A stretch of 64,000 bases of DNA from the NCBI GenBank assembly GCA_002189035.1, contig NEEC01000018.1:62001-126000 (forward strand). Direction: 5' to 3'. Positions 13,037 to 26,561 of the stretch are shown one piece after another. The stretch is from Utricularia gibba (taxonomy: Eukaryota; Plantae; Magnoliophyta). Made by a program: the position numbers and the translations under genes. Below the pieces are notes generated by a model. The model saw nothing but the letters and a program-made list of their open reading frames with translations, was not told the origin of the DNA and ran no database searches. Each line of letters begins with the position of its first letter. Position 1 is the first letter of the stretch.

Positions 13037-13950
13037 TGATAACACATATTTTTGAGTGTTTAAGAATAGGAAAATAACTAATGTTTTGCTACAAAACTCA
13101 AATTTTAGTATGTATTTCTATGCTTTTGTGAGTAGTACCACCGTAGTGTATTTTATTCCTACTTGGGACTAAATTTAAGTTTTAATAATTTCCCTGAGCA
13201 ATGCAGCGTATATCAACAACCTAAATCCTAAGGAGGTGAAAGAGAATAGTGAAGTTGTTGAAGATGGGGACAAAAGCTAAATAAAGTACACCAAATTCCA
13301 AGTCAAACATAAAAAAGAAGATTTTTGCTTGTTTTGTCGTTTCTTTTCATGCCGTTAAGTTGTGAAACGAAGATAGTTTTCATGATATGTTATGAAAGTG
13401 TGTTACTTTTCCTCAATATGAGTAGTTAGGCACTTAGGATTGCCTTGAGATAAAGGGGAATGAGCATGCTCATCGTTCATTAAACCACACTATCACTTAA
13501 TCATTTTACTTCCTTGACAAATCAAGATAGATTCAAGAGAGCTACTTTCATCATAAACAACTCTTATTAGAAGTAGATCAAAAACTAGGGAAAAACAAAG
13601 ATTTGGTTAGACTTGAGTCTTTGTTTGTTAGGTGATTGATTTTCGTTTTGAGTGGGATAGTTGTAATGATTAGCATGCTACCCCTAAATGTCTTAAGGTA
13701 TCATCTTCTTTTATTTTATACAAATATTTGATTTTTCTCATTATTAGCTTTTTGTATATTATTGCAAAACTCTTGCTTCTAGTTTAAAATTTCCAATCGT
13801 GATAAAAATAGTATACATTAACCTTCACACAAGCACATAGCTCCTTAAATTTAACTTTAATTCATTATGCTCATATTTTTTATCCGATTGATTGTGAATT
13901 AGGCTATAAATTTATTTGATAGAAAAATTTATAATTTTAATGATATTCAA
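13037..13950 (+). mobile_element. Athila-type LTR, same family as 7069-8184
   Basis: Same start, TGATAACACATATTTTTGAGT, with colinear similarity and the shared ataaatttatttgatag motif near the 3' end. The exact 3' terminus is eroded. Confidence 0.75.
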
Positions 13951-15043
13951 AAAAATTTCGTTTATTAGTATTTCTATTAGGATTTGACTTTGCTATTGAT
14001 TTTTGTTTATTTTCTATTTTCAACATTTTAATCATGAAAATGAATTAGAGCTTGTGGATATGGTATAGCGAAAGTTAACATGATTCGGATATATACTATT
14101 ATTTTTCAAAACTTGGTGTGACATGCAGAAACATGAAACGAGTAGCATGTAATATGCAATTTTTTCCTCTTGTGCTCTAGAATAGAACTTTCTCTAAATC
14201 AATTACATCAAGAAAAACCTTAGTGTTTTGAAAACCAAATAGTTAATATTACCAACATATATGTGTCCATGCTTTCACATTAGAAATTAGATAGTCATTT
14301 GATAAAATTCCCACAATGCAAAAATGTCTATAACAGTAGTGATCATTAGACAAATTGTTTGAAATGCACTAAGTTTCTATACGAACTATTCAGCCCCTGA
14401 AGGTTTGAAATATAATCTTTTTATTGAGGATAAAAATATGAAAAAAATCAATTCCATCTTTGAGAAAATCCCCTAGATTTTTCAACGGAAGAACTCTCCA
14501 ATAGGGGTAAGCTAGAAGTGGCCAATGCATCTAGTCCACTGTCATCTCACGTCCATATCACTTATTGTTCGACATCCCATTATTCTTTAGTCCAAAGGAT
14601 GCAATCCGTATACTATGACCCAGTTACGATGCCTTGGTAATAATAGAGTATATATGAATCACCAAAATCAATTGGATCTTGTTTGATTAAAATGTCCTAG
14701 TCCAATAGGTAAGGTGATTTTTAATCTAATTATAGGATATGAAAAGTTCAATTGATCAAAAAATTGTGAATTCATCTTAGTCAAATCTAAGATGACGTAC
14801 AGCATTATCTTTGAGAGATTTGAAATCAACTCATTTGATATAATACTTTCATAGTATACGTGAAAATTGAATTCTTCACATTTGTAGAAGCAGCCACATT
14901 AGCGATATACTATGAAGTATTGTGCAAATGCATATCAGAAAACTCAATAAACATCATTAATATGATCGACAAATAAGAATTAATTTTATCAAAATTGAAA
15001 TTGTCGTAGATGAGCGGCGCCTTATTACACGAGTCTAAGACAA

Positions 15044-17020
15044 CTACTGCATCTCTGCTTCCTTAAAAATTGCTGCTGCTCTAGCGTTGTCGCAGTCCTG
15101 CTGAAAGGTCCAATACAATGGAGTGTAGAACAAGCAGCACAATCCAAACGGAACCACCATCATACACAGAAGCCCTCTGGACAAAGCGTCGGCTGCCTTG
15201 GCTGAGCCCAGAACCGGATCGATGCTTTTGATATCGTAATCATACATCTTCTCAGCAAGAATCCCAACAACAGGAGCAGCGAACGATGAAAACGAGACTT
15301 CAAAAGCACGATCGAATGCATAGATCATCGTACGATGTTTTGCAGGAACTACCTCAGCAAACATCGGTCCGTTAGCTGCTGTGGCGCACCAACTGATGGT
15401 GAGGCCCATCAGGAGGAGGGAGATGGCGTAAGTGTTGTAGCTGCTGACATCTTGTGGTATGACTTTGAGGAGGAGGATGGAGAAAGGGATTCCCATGGCA
15501 GCACTGAACTGTGCGCACATGATCCTTCCTGAGTATCGATATTTACGAGATATTCGATCTGCAATTACACCACCAAACAAGGATCCAAGAGCACATCCGG
15601 CAGCAAACAGACTGACCAAGGATGCAGCACTGTTGTGATCGAAACCTGCTTAGCAGATCAAACACATGTGAGTTTGGCAGAGAAAAACCTCAGGAGCAAT
15701 TTGCAAATAAAGCCTACCAATCAATTCAAACCAAAGGGTGAAGAAGACGAAGGCTGTCCAGGGAATGGAGCCTACAAGACCTTGTAAAACAATGACCTGA
15801 AAAGTAGGAACTTTCATGACAATTTTCATGGCAGTCCAGGATTCTTTCCACACAGATGTAGATTTCCTGCTTCTTTCCTCGATCAAATTCTCCCTGGAAA
15901 CAGTAAACCAAATCAAGGAACTGAAGAATGAAAAGACCAAAGAATATGAAGTTCAACCAATGTTATACCTATCGTGCATTTTACCAGAATCATGGTAACT
16001 GGTGATCCCCTTGGGGTCTTTAACAAACTGAAAGACAAGAAATCCAATAAAACAGCTCAGAGTTCCCATTATGATAAAGGCAAGTCTCCATCCTGGCACA
16101 CTCCAGAAAGTGTAACCAGCCATTACAGTGGCAATGGCTCCACCTCCAATGCCCCCAATATTCCCAACGAGACTCAGTAACCCGAATCCTGCCCCTCGAA
16201 CACCATCCTTGTAACTATCTGCAACAAAAGACTGAAGTGCGGGTATTACTATGGCGAGTCCAAAGCCATTTAATGCTCTCCAAAGTGCAACATGAGTGAA
16301 ATGATTGCTTGCACCAACAGCTGCAGTTGAGAAAGCCCAGCAAAAAATCCCCATTGCAAGTACTGTGGGGCGATCATAGTTGATGACTAGCACCCCAGCA
16401 GTTGGTGATGCCAGGCCCTGCACAAAGTTCCTGATAAAAGTGAGGTACCCAAGGTCTGATGGCCCCACAGCAAAGGCTTCGCTGACTTCCTTGTAAACGG
16501 CAGGGAGGAGATTTTCATCAGCGCGCTCCATTATTGAAGCCATGTTAATGATGATCAAGGAAAGTGACATGCCAAAAAATACCCTAGTTCTGTTGCAAAA
16601 GAGAAACATGGATGAGATGATTAGCTCCTTGTAACAAAGATGGTATTTTGCTTTTGTCTGCATTAGCCACCAAGAATTCCCATTTATTTGGCCAGTGCGA
16701 ATGAAGAAGGTACACAAACACCTATATGCAATAGGGAGCAGCAAGAACAAACTACTGCGAATCAAAAAACAAAATGATCCGCGAATTAACCCTAAAAACA
16801 CATGTGCAGAATCATCAGGGAATCCAAAAAGATTCCCACGAACCAAACCACATAGATGATGGCATAAGAGCACTACAAGAGAAACGGCTCAATCAACACA
16901 GGGTCATAAATTAAGAACCCACAACAAACTAGTAAACCAACCAACTAAGAGCCCATGAACCAAGGAATCCGAAATTAGAAGAGTTGATAGGCCAAATGGG
17001 ATCCAAAAAACTCACTTCAT
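15044..17020 (-). CDS. Major facilitator superfamily transporter (spinster-like, At4g36790-like by recall), 467 aa
   Basis: Predicted exons 17016-17020, 15969-16589, 15718-15893 and 15044-15645: 1404 nt, all GT-AG and in phase. Motifs: MERADENLLPAVY, GDLGYLT-like PSDLGYLTF, YDRPTVLA, LQGLVGSIPW, RTMIYAFDRAFE. The first exon is inferred; Met in exon 2 is an alternative start. Confidence 0.92.
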
Positions 17021-19192
17021 GATGTTAAGATTCCCAAAGAACAAATTCGTGAGTCCAAAAAAAAGCTGCCGCGCGACCAAAAGCTCAATGCCACAAATCA
17101 AACCACAAGATAGTCCTGGACAGCTCCCCTTGAGCTGATACAGCGCAGCAACCGAAATCCATCAATCCACGTCAAACCTCAAACTGGGCAGTCACAAAAC
17201 CCAGTGTGAAGCCTAAGACGAAACCAGGAAAACGACAAACTAACACATGAGAGAGAGAAAAAAACATTGGGGCCGTAATGTAATCACAGAAAAGATCCAA
17301 AACCGTATAGTACCAACCCGGTGCCTTGGAAAAAGATCTGGGTGTTCCGATCTGGACAAACATCCATCCGCCTTTGTTCCACAGGAACTTGAGAAGCGGA
17401 CGCTAGTTTCAGAACATCGCTCTAACAATATGGGGATCAGATTATTTAATGGATTCAACTCCCTGCTTCTGACCCTTGTAAATATAATAGTCGAAGTATT
17501 ACGTGTAATAGAGTTATTAAAAATATTAAAGCACGCACTGCACCGTACACAAATTCCCTAACTGGGCCGGCCGAAGCTATGAAAAAGGCTACCTCGACGT
17601 TTTACCCTTGTCACAAGTGTTTCATTGGTGTTTCACCTTATAAAACTTTTTTATAATTTACCCTATAAAGAAAATATATTTGTAATTTATCCTATTAATA
17701 TTCTTTTTTAAAGAATTTCAAATTTTAATAATAAGAATAATAAATAAAGTGCATTGTTTTATGTTTCTAATATATAAATAAGATTTTAATAATATTTTTA
17801 TATTAATGATAAAAATAAAATAAATTTTATGACTAAAAAATTTATTTGCAGTTTACCTTTATCTGAAATCAATGAAATAAATTTATAATTTTATCAAATA
17901 GTGTATTAATATTCCTTTTTAAAAGATTACAAAGTCTACTTATCATAATAATAAAATGTGATGTATTATTTTTGTCAAAAAAAATTTAATACAAATTATA
18001 AAAAATGAAATGAATTTCATGAATAAATATCAAACATATAGTAAATATAGCATTTTATATAACAAATTTTGTTATTAATATATGTTGTATATCAAAAGAA
18101 ATTATTATATAAGACAAGTGAATATTTACAATATTAATGTATTAATGTATCAAAAGAAATCATTAAATTTTAAATTTTAAAACCTAAATCAAAAACCAAA
18201 AAAAAACTAAACCTTGTGATACATGTATAATTATACCAAAAATAAGAGATGGTATATAAATAGAGGGTATATAACAGTATAATTTTATCTCAATTCATCT
18301 ACTTTCATTATTTTATTCTATATTCATGATATAATTTATCTTGAGTATAATTTATCCCATCTACTAAATATACTATTTTTCTTTTCTTATTTAACTATCT
18401 ACTTTTATACTCTCTATCAAACACACTATAAATACCAAATCCTATTAAAATTAAAATGTTATATTTTAAATTCAAGATAAATTATTAACAATATTAATGT
18501 ATTAAAAAGTACATCTAACAATTTTGTTAAGAATATAAATATGAAAATCATAAAATTGAGGTAAAATGCAAAGAAAATCTAATTTTTTGGTAATTTGCAA
18601 AATGTTTACAAACATAGGGTAAATGGTTAAGGAAATAAAAAGGTTGGGATATTTGTCCCATTTCCCACTATGAAAAACAAGGCCCAATCATAAAGCTCAT
18701 TGACGAGCCACTCATACACCATAACGAATCAGATTATTTCATGGCAGTCTCACTGAACCCATTAGTCACACCGTCTGTCTATTTCGTCCGGTTTAAAAAA
18801 AAAACGAATTCTATAATATAAATAGTAGATTCTCACGATTCTGATGAATCAAAATTTACAAATAAAATGAATAAAAAGTTTAAAGTAAAAACGAATACTG
18901 AATAATAATTAGTAACACACCAAAAATATTGCCATAAAATGGAAAATAATATTATAAGGCAAACCGATCTCTATTACTTACAAGGGTATCATATGTGTCA
19001 TTGACAGCTTGGTGTCCAATCAATGTCTTCATACAAGTAAACTTTCTCCCAAAATGACATCCATTTCCCCATATAAATTTTGTCATTACCCTCATACTTT
19101 GGTTGTTCGACTACTTTCTAGGATTTTTTTTTGTTTTTTTGAAATGTTTATAATTCAAGAAATAATCATCAACCCATATTTTAAATCTAGTG

Positions 19193-19726
19193 TGCTGAGG
19201 GTGAAAATCGGTATCCGAGATGGGGCCGATTTTCGAGTTATGGGTGCAGCTGGAAATATCGCACCGTATAATGCTTTTCTGTGATCCATTCGATTTGATC
19301 AACAGAAATGAGGGTGGACGGAGATTTTTACATAGAAACTGCCGAAGGACGGAAAAACTACGAAACTGTCGGAGCTCGTCGGAAAAAATCTCTACTAGAC
19401 AAAGATGGTGAAATAAGGTACAAGTTGAGGGGCTCAAAGTCGAACCCTTTCGTCGTTATGATTTCTTCTATTTATAGAAGAGGTTGATCCATCCAAGTCC
19501 TGGCTTCTGCAAATGTTGGTTGCTTTCTACACCTGCTATGTGATCTCACTTTTCAAATATAGTTCGCCTGCTCTGCCGTAATTCGGCCGCTTTTCAGATT
19601 GTACCATACGGCCATCGTTATCAGATTTCTAACGTATATCGGTCTGTCGACTAGTATTATCCTGTCACAACTCCTTTTGTCAGTCTTTCAGTAGTCGATT
19701 CTCCTCACCCAATTTGTACCCCATCA
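19193..19726 (-). mobile_element. Tat-family solo LTR, 534 bp, with perfect 5-bp TSD TAGTG
   Basis: TG..CA termini. TAGTG at 19188-19192 and 19727-19731. The right ~310 bp match 4028-4340. Confidence 0.88.
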
Positions 19727-20542
19727 TAGTGATATCTACATTGTCATAATTATCTTGTCTTATCATCTATCTACATTAAGGAAAACGTATTAACATAGCA
19801 TCTTCTTTTATGTTTATTATCATGTATTTGTCATAGCATCTTCTACTTCATTTTACAACCATTGGAGTAGGTTACTTGTCGTCTACGTGTTTAGGGAATT
19901 TTCTTTTGGTTTTTAGAGAATGCAACGAGTGCTTGTTGCATTTCATCGAGAAAAGTGGTAGCTCTTCATCCTCATGATTCGTCCCATGGCAGGTACTTAA
20001 CATGTTATATGCGTATTATATGCTCTAATAGGCTCTTGTAGGGAAAATAGTATACACTATTGTCATTGTCATCCAGACATCCTTATCAGTCAGGATTGAT
20101 AAACGAAAATTCTTCATGTCGTTGGATAAATTTCAAATTCTATTATCAAATAAGTTTATAAATCTAATTTTCAATCAAACACAAATTATATGCATATAAT
20201 GAATTTAGGATCGAATACAAAGAATGAAGTACTTGTTGCATAAAAGTTAATGCATTTTATTTTATTATAATAAAATATTAATTTTAAGCTGAGACCTATA
20301 CAATTTAAATAGCAAGATACAGCAAAGACAATAAATAATGCAAATCACATTATACTTTAGAAAGAGACTAATATAACACTCTAAGGTTACAAGGTAGTGT
20401 GTCCATCATTTCTCTCATTCCAACTTAATGAAATTGTACTAGACTTTAGTTTACTTCTAATTAGATTTCTTATGATAACTACATCATCGTTTCATCCTCC
20501 AATATCTATCTAGATTAGATAATGATTAATACAAGAATTCGA

Positions 20543-21120
20543 TTGTTATGAACTAGAGAACAATAATAAAACCCACCCTTTTCTTTCCCAAAATTTCATG
20601 TTTTGCTTAACTACTCATGATTAATCGAAAACAAGACAAATACATAAAATGATATTGAAAGTATGTCCATACTAGCAATCTACCAAATAGAAAATAAATA
20701 ATATCAAAGGTAAAAAAATCTCAAATAAAAGATTAAATAGTTTGTTCTCAATCTAATCCTAACTGATGTAGTGTTTCTACGAGAGAATTCTTTGAATGAT
20801 TTAAAATTTGTTTCTGCTCATTGTTCGATTTTTCTTCTTCTTCTTTTTCTTTTTCCGTTATTCTTTTGGAGTTGTTCATCTAAGATCTTTTCTTTCATAT
20901 CTTTCTTGAAAATACATTTCTTTCACCTCTTTTCTCACCTTCTCCAGATTCGTGTGTACTATATTTACTCTTTTATAAGTTTTTTCTCTTTTTTTATCTT
21001 CATTTTGCTCTAAAATAGTTCCTGTCATGCATAGATTTTTCGATTTTCCAGAATGTGACTCATTGGGATATGCTGCTTTACTCAAACAGATGAGATTAAA
21101 TCAAGATTAGGGTTACATCA
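20543..21120 (-). mobile_element. Possible LTR remnant
   Basis: The minus strand starts TGATGTAACCCTAATC at 21120. No TSD; the extent is uncertain. Confidence 0.3.
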
Positions 21121-24100
21121 TAAATTTACTTCCAATTTGCAGCAAAATAATAAGATTGTGGTAGGAGTTTAAAAAATACCAAGATTTGTATTAAAATCCT
21201 AATTTTTACAGGATAATCCACTGATTTTAATAATTAAAACCATAAAAAATTATGCCTTATTAGGTGAGAATATATCTTTTTGTGTCGTTATCAGCAAGAT
21301 GGTATGCCTCTTATGGGTAAACTTCCAGCCTATCACCGTGTTGTGCAGATCCCTCTTTTCTCTGAGATTTCTTGAACAATTCAATATCCCATATCTCTTT
21401 GGAATAATAGAAGGAAATTAATTTCCCTCCTTCATAACATTATCGAAGTATTTTCAGCACAAAATCCTTTAACGCAGGATTGTTTGACGCAAAAGTCCTC
21501 CAATCACTTGAAATATCATAGTTGACAATAGAATGAATTAAACGTCACAAGGTGATATGTGTAAAGAGTGTTGGAATCAATTCAAATAAAACTATACGAT
21601 TTCACTTTTCAGTTTCAATTATATTTGAAAAATTATAATTAAAAATTAATTTACGAAAATAAAATTATATTTATTAATAATCTTCATTTATAACGAGGAA
21701 TATATATTTTTTAAATTTAGTTCACAAATTATAAAAGAATATGAATAATAGAACTACAAAACGCTTATTTCAATCCATTAATCTTGTTTCTTTTACATTA
21801 ATCTTTACCGTCACTCAAACTGGAAAACTAAGTTTTAATCCATCTGCTTACTAAATATTTAACATCCTATTAAATTTTGCTATTTTCTTAAATGTCAATA
21901 TAGATGCTGAAAATATAAGAAAACTGTTAGAAGTGAGTATGATCAAGTAAACGTAACTTGTTAGTAAATCTTCACATATTAGACTTTTAAAATTTTTCAA
22001 AATATAAATGAGTTAAGAAAATATATTTTGCAAAATTCAGTAAGAATAACTTAATAAGAAATAAAAAATTTTAACATATAATAGGCAGAATTCACATTTA
22101 TTTGAAAAATCAGTTTTGAATTTAAAATATGACATATTTATTTATCAATAAATTGTTTTGAATTCATTTCTTCTATTAGATATATTTCTGATTATTAAAA
22201 AAATGATGAATAAAAGAAATATTTCACATTGATTCAAACCATTTTGATCATATGGAAAAAAAATGCTATTGGTATTGAATACCCAAGAACAAAATTTAAG
22301 ATATAATAAGTACATTTTATTTATTAAGTTTTCAATAGCTTTTAAATTTTACAATTATATAAAAAACATTCTTTTACAATTATATAATATACAATTACTT
22401 CTTCTATTATTTTAATAATAAAAAATCAATATATAGTGTCAGTCGAAGTAATACGAACAACCTTGAAGAAAGATTTAATTTTAGTTAACATAATATTATT
22501 TATTTTAAAAATGAAAATATGCTTTTCATATAATAATAATAATAATAATATCTATGAATAATGAATAATGGAAGATGAGAATGTACAACCATGAAAATTA
22601 AATAGATAATATCAGTCGTCATGATATTTGGTTATTTTCATTATTACAATTTTTCTAAGTATCACAAGATTAACAATATCTCCAAATCTAGAAATTAAAA
22701 CATAATGCATATTATTCTTGCAATCTACAGTAAAGAATCACGCATATTCCAAAACTCAAACTGAAAAACAAAAAACAAGAAATTTGAATAAGAGCCAATA
22801 CAAGATTTCATTTAGAACTAGTTACACATCTATATGTAAAACAACACACAAAAACATGTTGAATCTTCTTATTCTTGACACCTTGTGGACTAGAAAATCT
22901 TATGAAGACTTCAATGAGCTCATTGATAACCTTTTCTAACTCATTTATTGTAGGGAAGAATGAATTAAGAACACACAAAATAATAAGAACAAGAACAAGA
23001 ACAAGAGAATCAAGAAACCACAGACTTGATAACAACCTAAAACTAAACCAAGTCTTAGAGAAATTAATTTCCACTTAATTTTTTTTTCAATAATTAGATT
23101 ATTGTAATTAAATATTACAACATGTATATATTGTTAATTGTGAAAATAGAGATAAAGATGGGGGTTTTGTCCCGTTTCATATCTTTAGGTAGATATATAA
23201 GCAAGGAAAAAGAAAAAAACAAAAAATCAGCTATTGAAGAAATGAAGCAAACCACAAGGTTTTGATTATCTACTGAAGTGAAATCTTCTTTCTGATATTT
23301 CAAGCTCATTATTTTTGTGGTTTTTCTAGAAAATTAACTTTGTTAGTCTATTTTTCACTTTTGATAAATAAATATTTTAATATCATTGTAAAATTGATTT
23401 TCACATTAAATAAATTTATAAAAATCTAATTCAATTAAAGTACAAATGAAATAAAATATAAAATGGAATTTAGGATGAAACACAAAACATAAGTAACTAG
23501 TGTTTTTAGTGTGGTAAGTTATGCATTTCAAATGTCAAGTTCAGTTTTAATTTATAGTTAAAACTGATAGTAACATAAAACAAAGATAGAAAATAACGAG
23601 TAACAATCTAAAACCATGCATTAATGAAATCCGTCGCTATCGACCCCCAAAAGAAAATTGGGAGTTTGAGGGACCTGATAACCAATGAAAGTGGCACTAG
23701 AGTTTGTGAATAAATGAGGCGCGGTCCAAGGAGGCTGTGATGCGTCCATGGAGAGACTCCATTAACCGCCAGTCCGCCACCTCCTTGGCTCGGGTAAAAT
23801 CCGGGATATCCTTCAGTTTGCAATTGGCCTTCCGACCAATATCAAGGCACCTCTCATCGACTCTCAGGTTCGTACACTTTAGAGTCCCTGTCACTTGCAC
23901 ATGAGGAGCAATTTAACCTCCTCCCCAGCAACATTGGCGTATCAATAGACCGCCTCCCTCTCAGCCATGGTTGGAGAGATGACATCCAGAGATGACAAGA
24001 AGTGCAAGTCACGAGCACTTCCCTCACAAGGGCCCTGGGCCAATAGGTAAATTTGAAAGATAGTCATCTCTCTCTATCAAAATTCAATTCGAGAAACAGT

Positions 24101-24773
24101 CATCATCAAAAAATTATTGTATAAAATGATTATCTTTTATATATTATACATTGATCTAAAATCGACTAATTAATGAAATAAGTTTCCCAAATATTATTAA
24201 TTTGAATTTTGAATCATGTGTACGAAGAACGTTTTCAAAATAATATTTTTTTCTTATATTAAAACTGCATCATTCTTCTACATTACAAACTATTTAGAAT
24301 AGTATTAATGGATGTCATTTAGTACTAATAACCTGCATCCACAAGGGTTTGGGCACTGATTAATATAATAAGCAGCTTCTAGAACCCTTATGGTTTATTG
24401 CTTAGTGATTATTAGCAACCCCTAGACTTCTCTGGGTATCGTTTCGTGACAATAAACAGCATCTACACCCCTTTGGATACTGTTTAGTGATATTAAGTAA
24501 CATACAAATTTCTTTGAAAATAAATGTTGACACTGAATCATTCTTTTTGATAAAATACTTTTTAAATAAATGTTTAAAACAACACTATTTATCGCTTAAA
24601 ACTTTTAAAAAAAATATTGTATTTATTTTTTTAATTAAAAACATTTTCTTGTATAGATTAGCATCAATAATTATCAAATTTATATTAACTTATGATGTTT
24701 CAAAATTTTGATTGAAATAATGTTGATATTGTGAAATGTAGTTATTTAAATAAATAATAAATTATTAATTTTG

Positions 24774-25230
24774 TTTAGATCTATATTGGAGAGTAAAGAA
24801 ATAAGACCTGATGAAGTTATATTAACGAGTGCATTGCACTAATGTGTGGAGTCCATGGAAAATCAATTAGGGATGGAAATACATCAATTTGGTATTAATG
24901 AGCATATAAAAATTGATCTCTCACTTTATAATTAGATTTTCCCATTTTATGGAAAATGTGGTAACTTGGACTATGCTAGTAATGTTTTTTAGGAGATGAC
25001 GGAAAATGATGATTAACTTATGGCATTATGGATTTACAACCATGAGTGCAATTGCACTGATGTGTGGAGTATATGGATCTTTTATTTCAGATGAATGTGC
25101 ATCATTTTTTTTATTAGTCAGCAGATAAAAATGGAGCTCTCGTTGTGTAATTTGATTATCATAATTTATGTAAAAAATGATGGCCTTGATTACGCAAGGA
25201 AATAATCACTAAGAGGTGCCTAGAAGGATT
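24774..25230 (+). pseudogene. PLS-class pentatricopeptide-repeat gene fragment
   Basis: FRSILESKEIRPDEVILTSALH*C..LGMEIHQFGI..DLSLYN*IFPFYGKCGNLDYASNVF*EM, plus a second repeat ELSLCNLII.IYVKNDGLDYARKI. Multiple stops. Confidence 0.8.
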
Positions 25231-26161
25231 CTAGATGTTGTTTATTATCATAAATTGATGCCCAAACCCTTTTGACACCGCTTATTTGTACTAAACGATG
25301 TCCATGAACACTTTTCTGAATAGTTTATAATATAGAAAAGTTATGGCATTTTTAGTATAAGAAAAAATGTAAATATTCTTTTGAAAACATTATTAGTGTT
25401 GAGCTTGTTGATTCTTCCATTGCTTTGTCAGATTCAAGCATAAAGAGCAAACATTGAGAAACCAGGAACAAAAGATAATTCAAACATGGTTCATAGGTCT
25501 TAGGAATATATATTCTATATCCTTTTGTGACATTACTATACCCAAAAAATAATCTTAATTGTGCATTATCCTCAAGTTTTGTTCTCCTAGCATTTGGAAT
25601 ATGAACATAGCAAATACATCCAAATATTCTAAGATAACCCACTGTTCTTTTGGCATTAAGCCATTGCTCGTGAGCTGACTTTCCATCTAATGACTTGGAG
25701 GACAAATTTAACAAGTATATTGACATAGCCACTGCTTCTGCCCAAAACACTGTGGGGATGAATTTTTCATCAAGGAAACACCTAGTCATATTTAAAATGA
25801 TACAATTTTTACGTTCACATACACCATTTTGCTCAAGTGTATATAGAGCGGTGTAAAATTGGATCGTACTTTCCTTTTCACAGTATTTTTTGAGTATTGG
25901 TGCTACATACTCCCCTCCATTGTCTGATTGTATAACCTTAATTTTCTATTCAGTTTATATCTCTGTCAGAGCTTTGAATTTTTGAAACATATAAAAAACT
26001 TTACTTTTTCTTTTCAAAAAATAGACCCAACAAAACCGAGAGAAATCATCAATAAAGGCAAGAAAATACTTGTTACCATTCAAAGATGTCTTCTTGAAGG
26101 GTCCACAAATATTAGTGTGCATGAGATCTACTTGTTCTTAGCTATGGCGTTACTTCTATAT

Positions 26162-26511
26162 GGGGAATCTGCAGAAACGCCCCCCACTGTTTACACACAT
26201 GAGCAAAAATGTTTCAAAAGTTTACTGTGGCGTAATTTTGCTCTTAAAGTTCACACACAGATGTAACAGTGCCCCAATTGTTTGGCAAAACGTTTTACTA
26301 TGTCATGCATATTTGAAAAATATATTTTTTGCCCCAAATGTTTCCAAGTATGCAATTTTGCCCCATATTAGCATTTTTTTAATTATTAATAATAATAACA
26401 ATAATAATAATAATGATAATAATAATCACAATAATAACAACCATGATAATAATAATAATAATGATGATGATGATGATGATGATAATAATAATAATGATGA
26501 TGATGATGATG

Positions 26512-26561
<50 letters not shown>

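Noticed and set aside
15953-16873. 306-aa ORF as a stand-alone protein
   Set aside because: The first ~95 codons are intronic read-through; the rest is exon 2 of the MFS gene.
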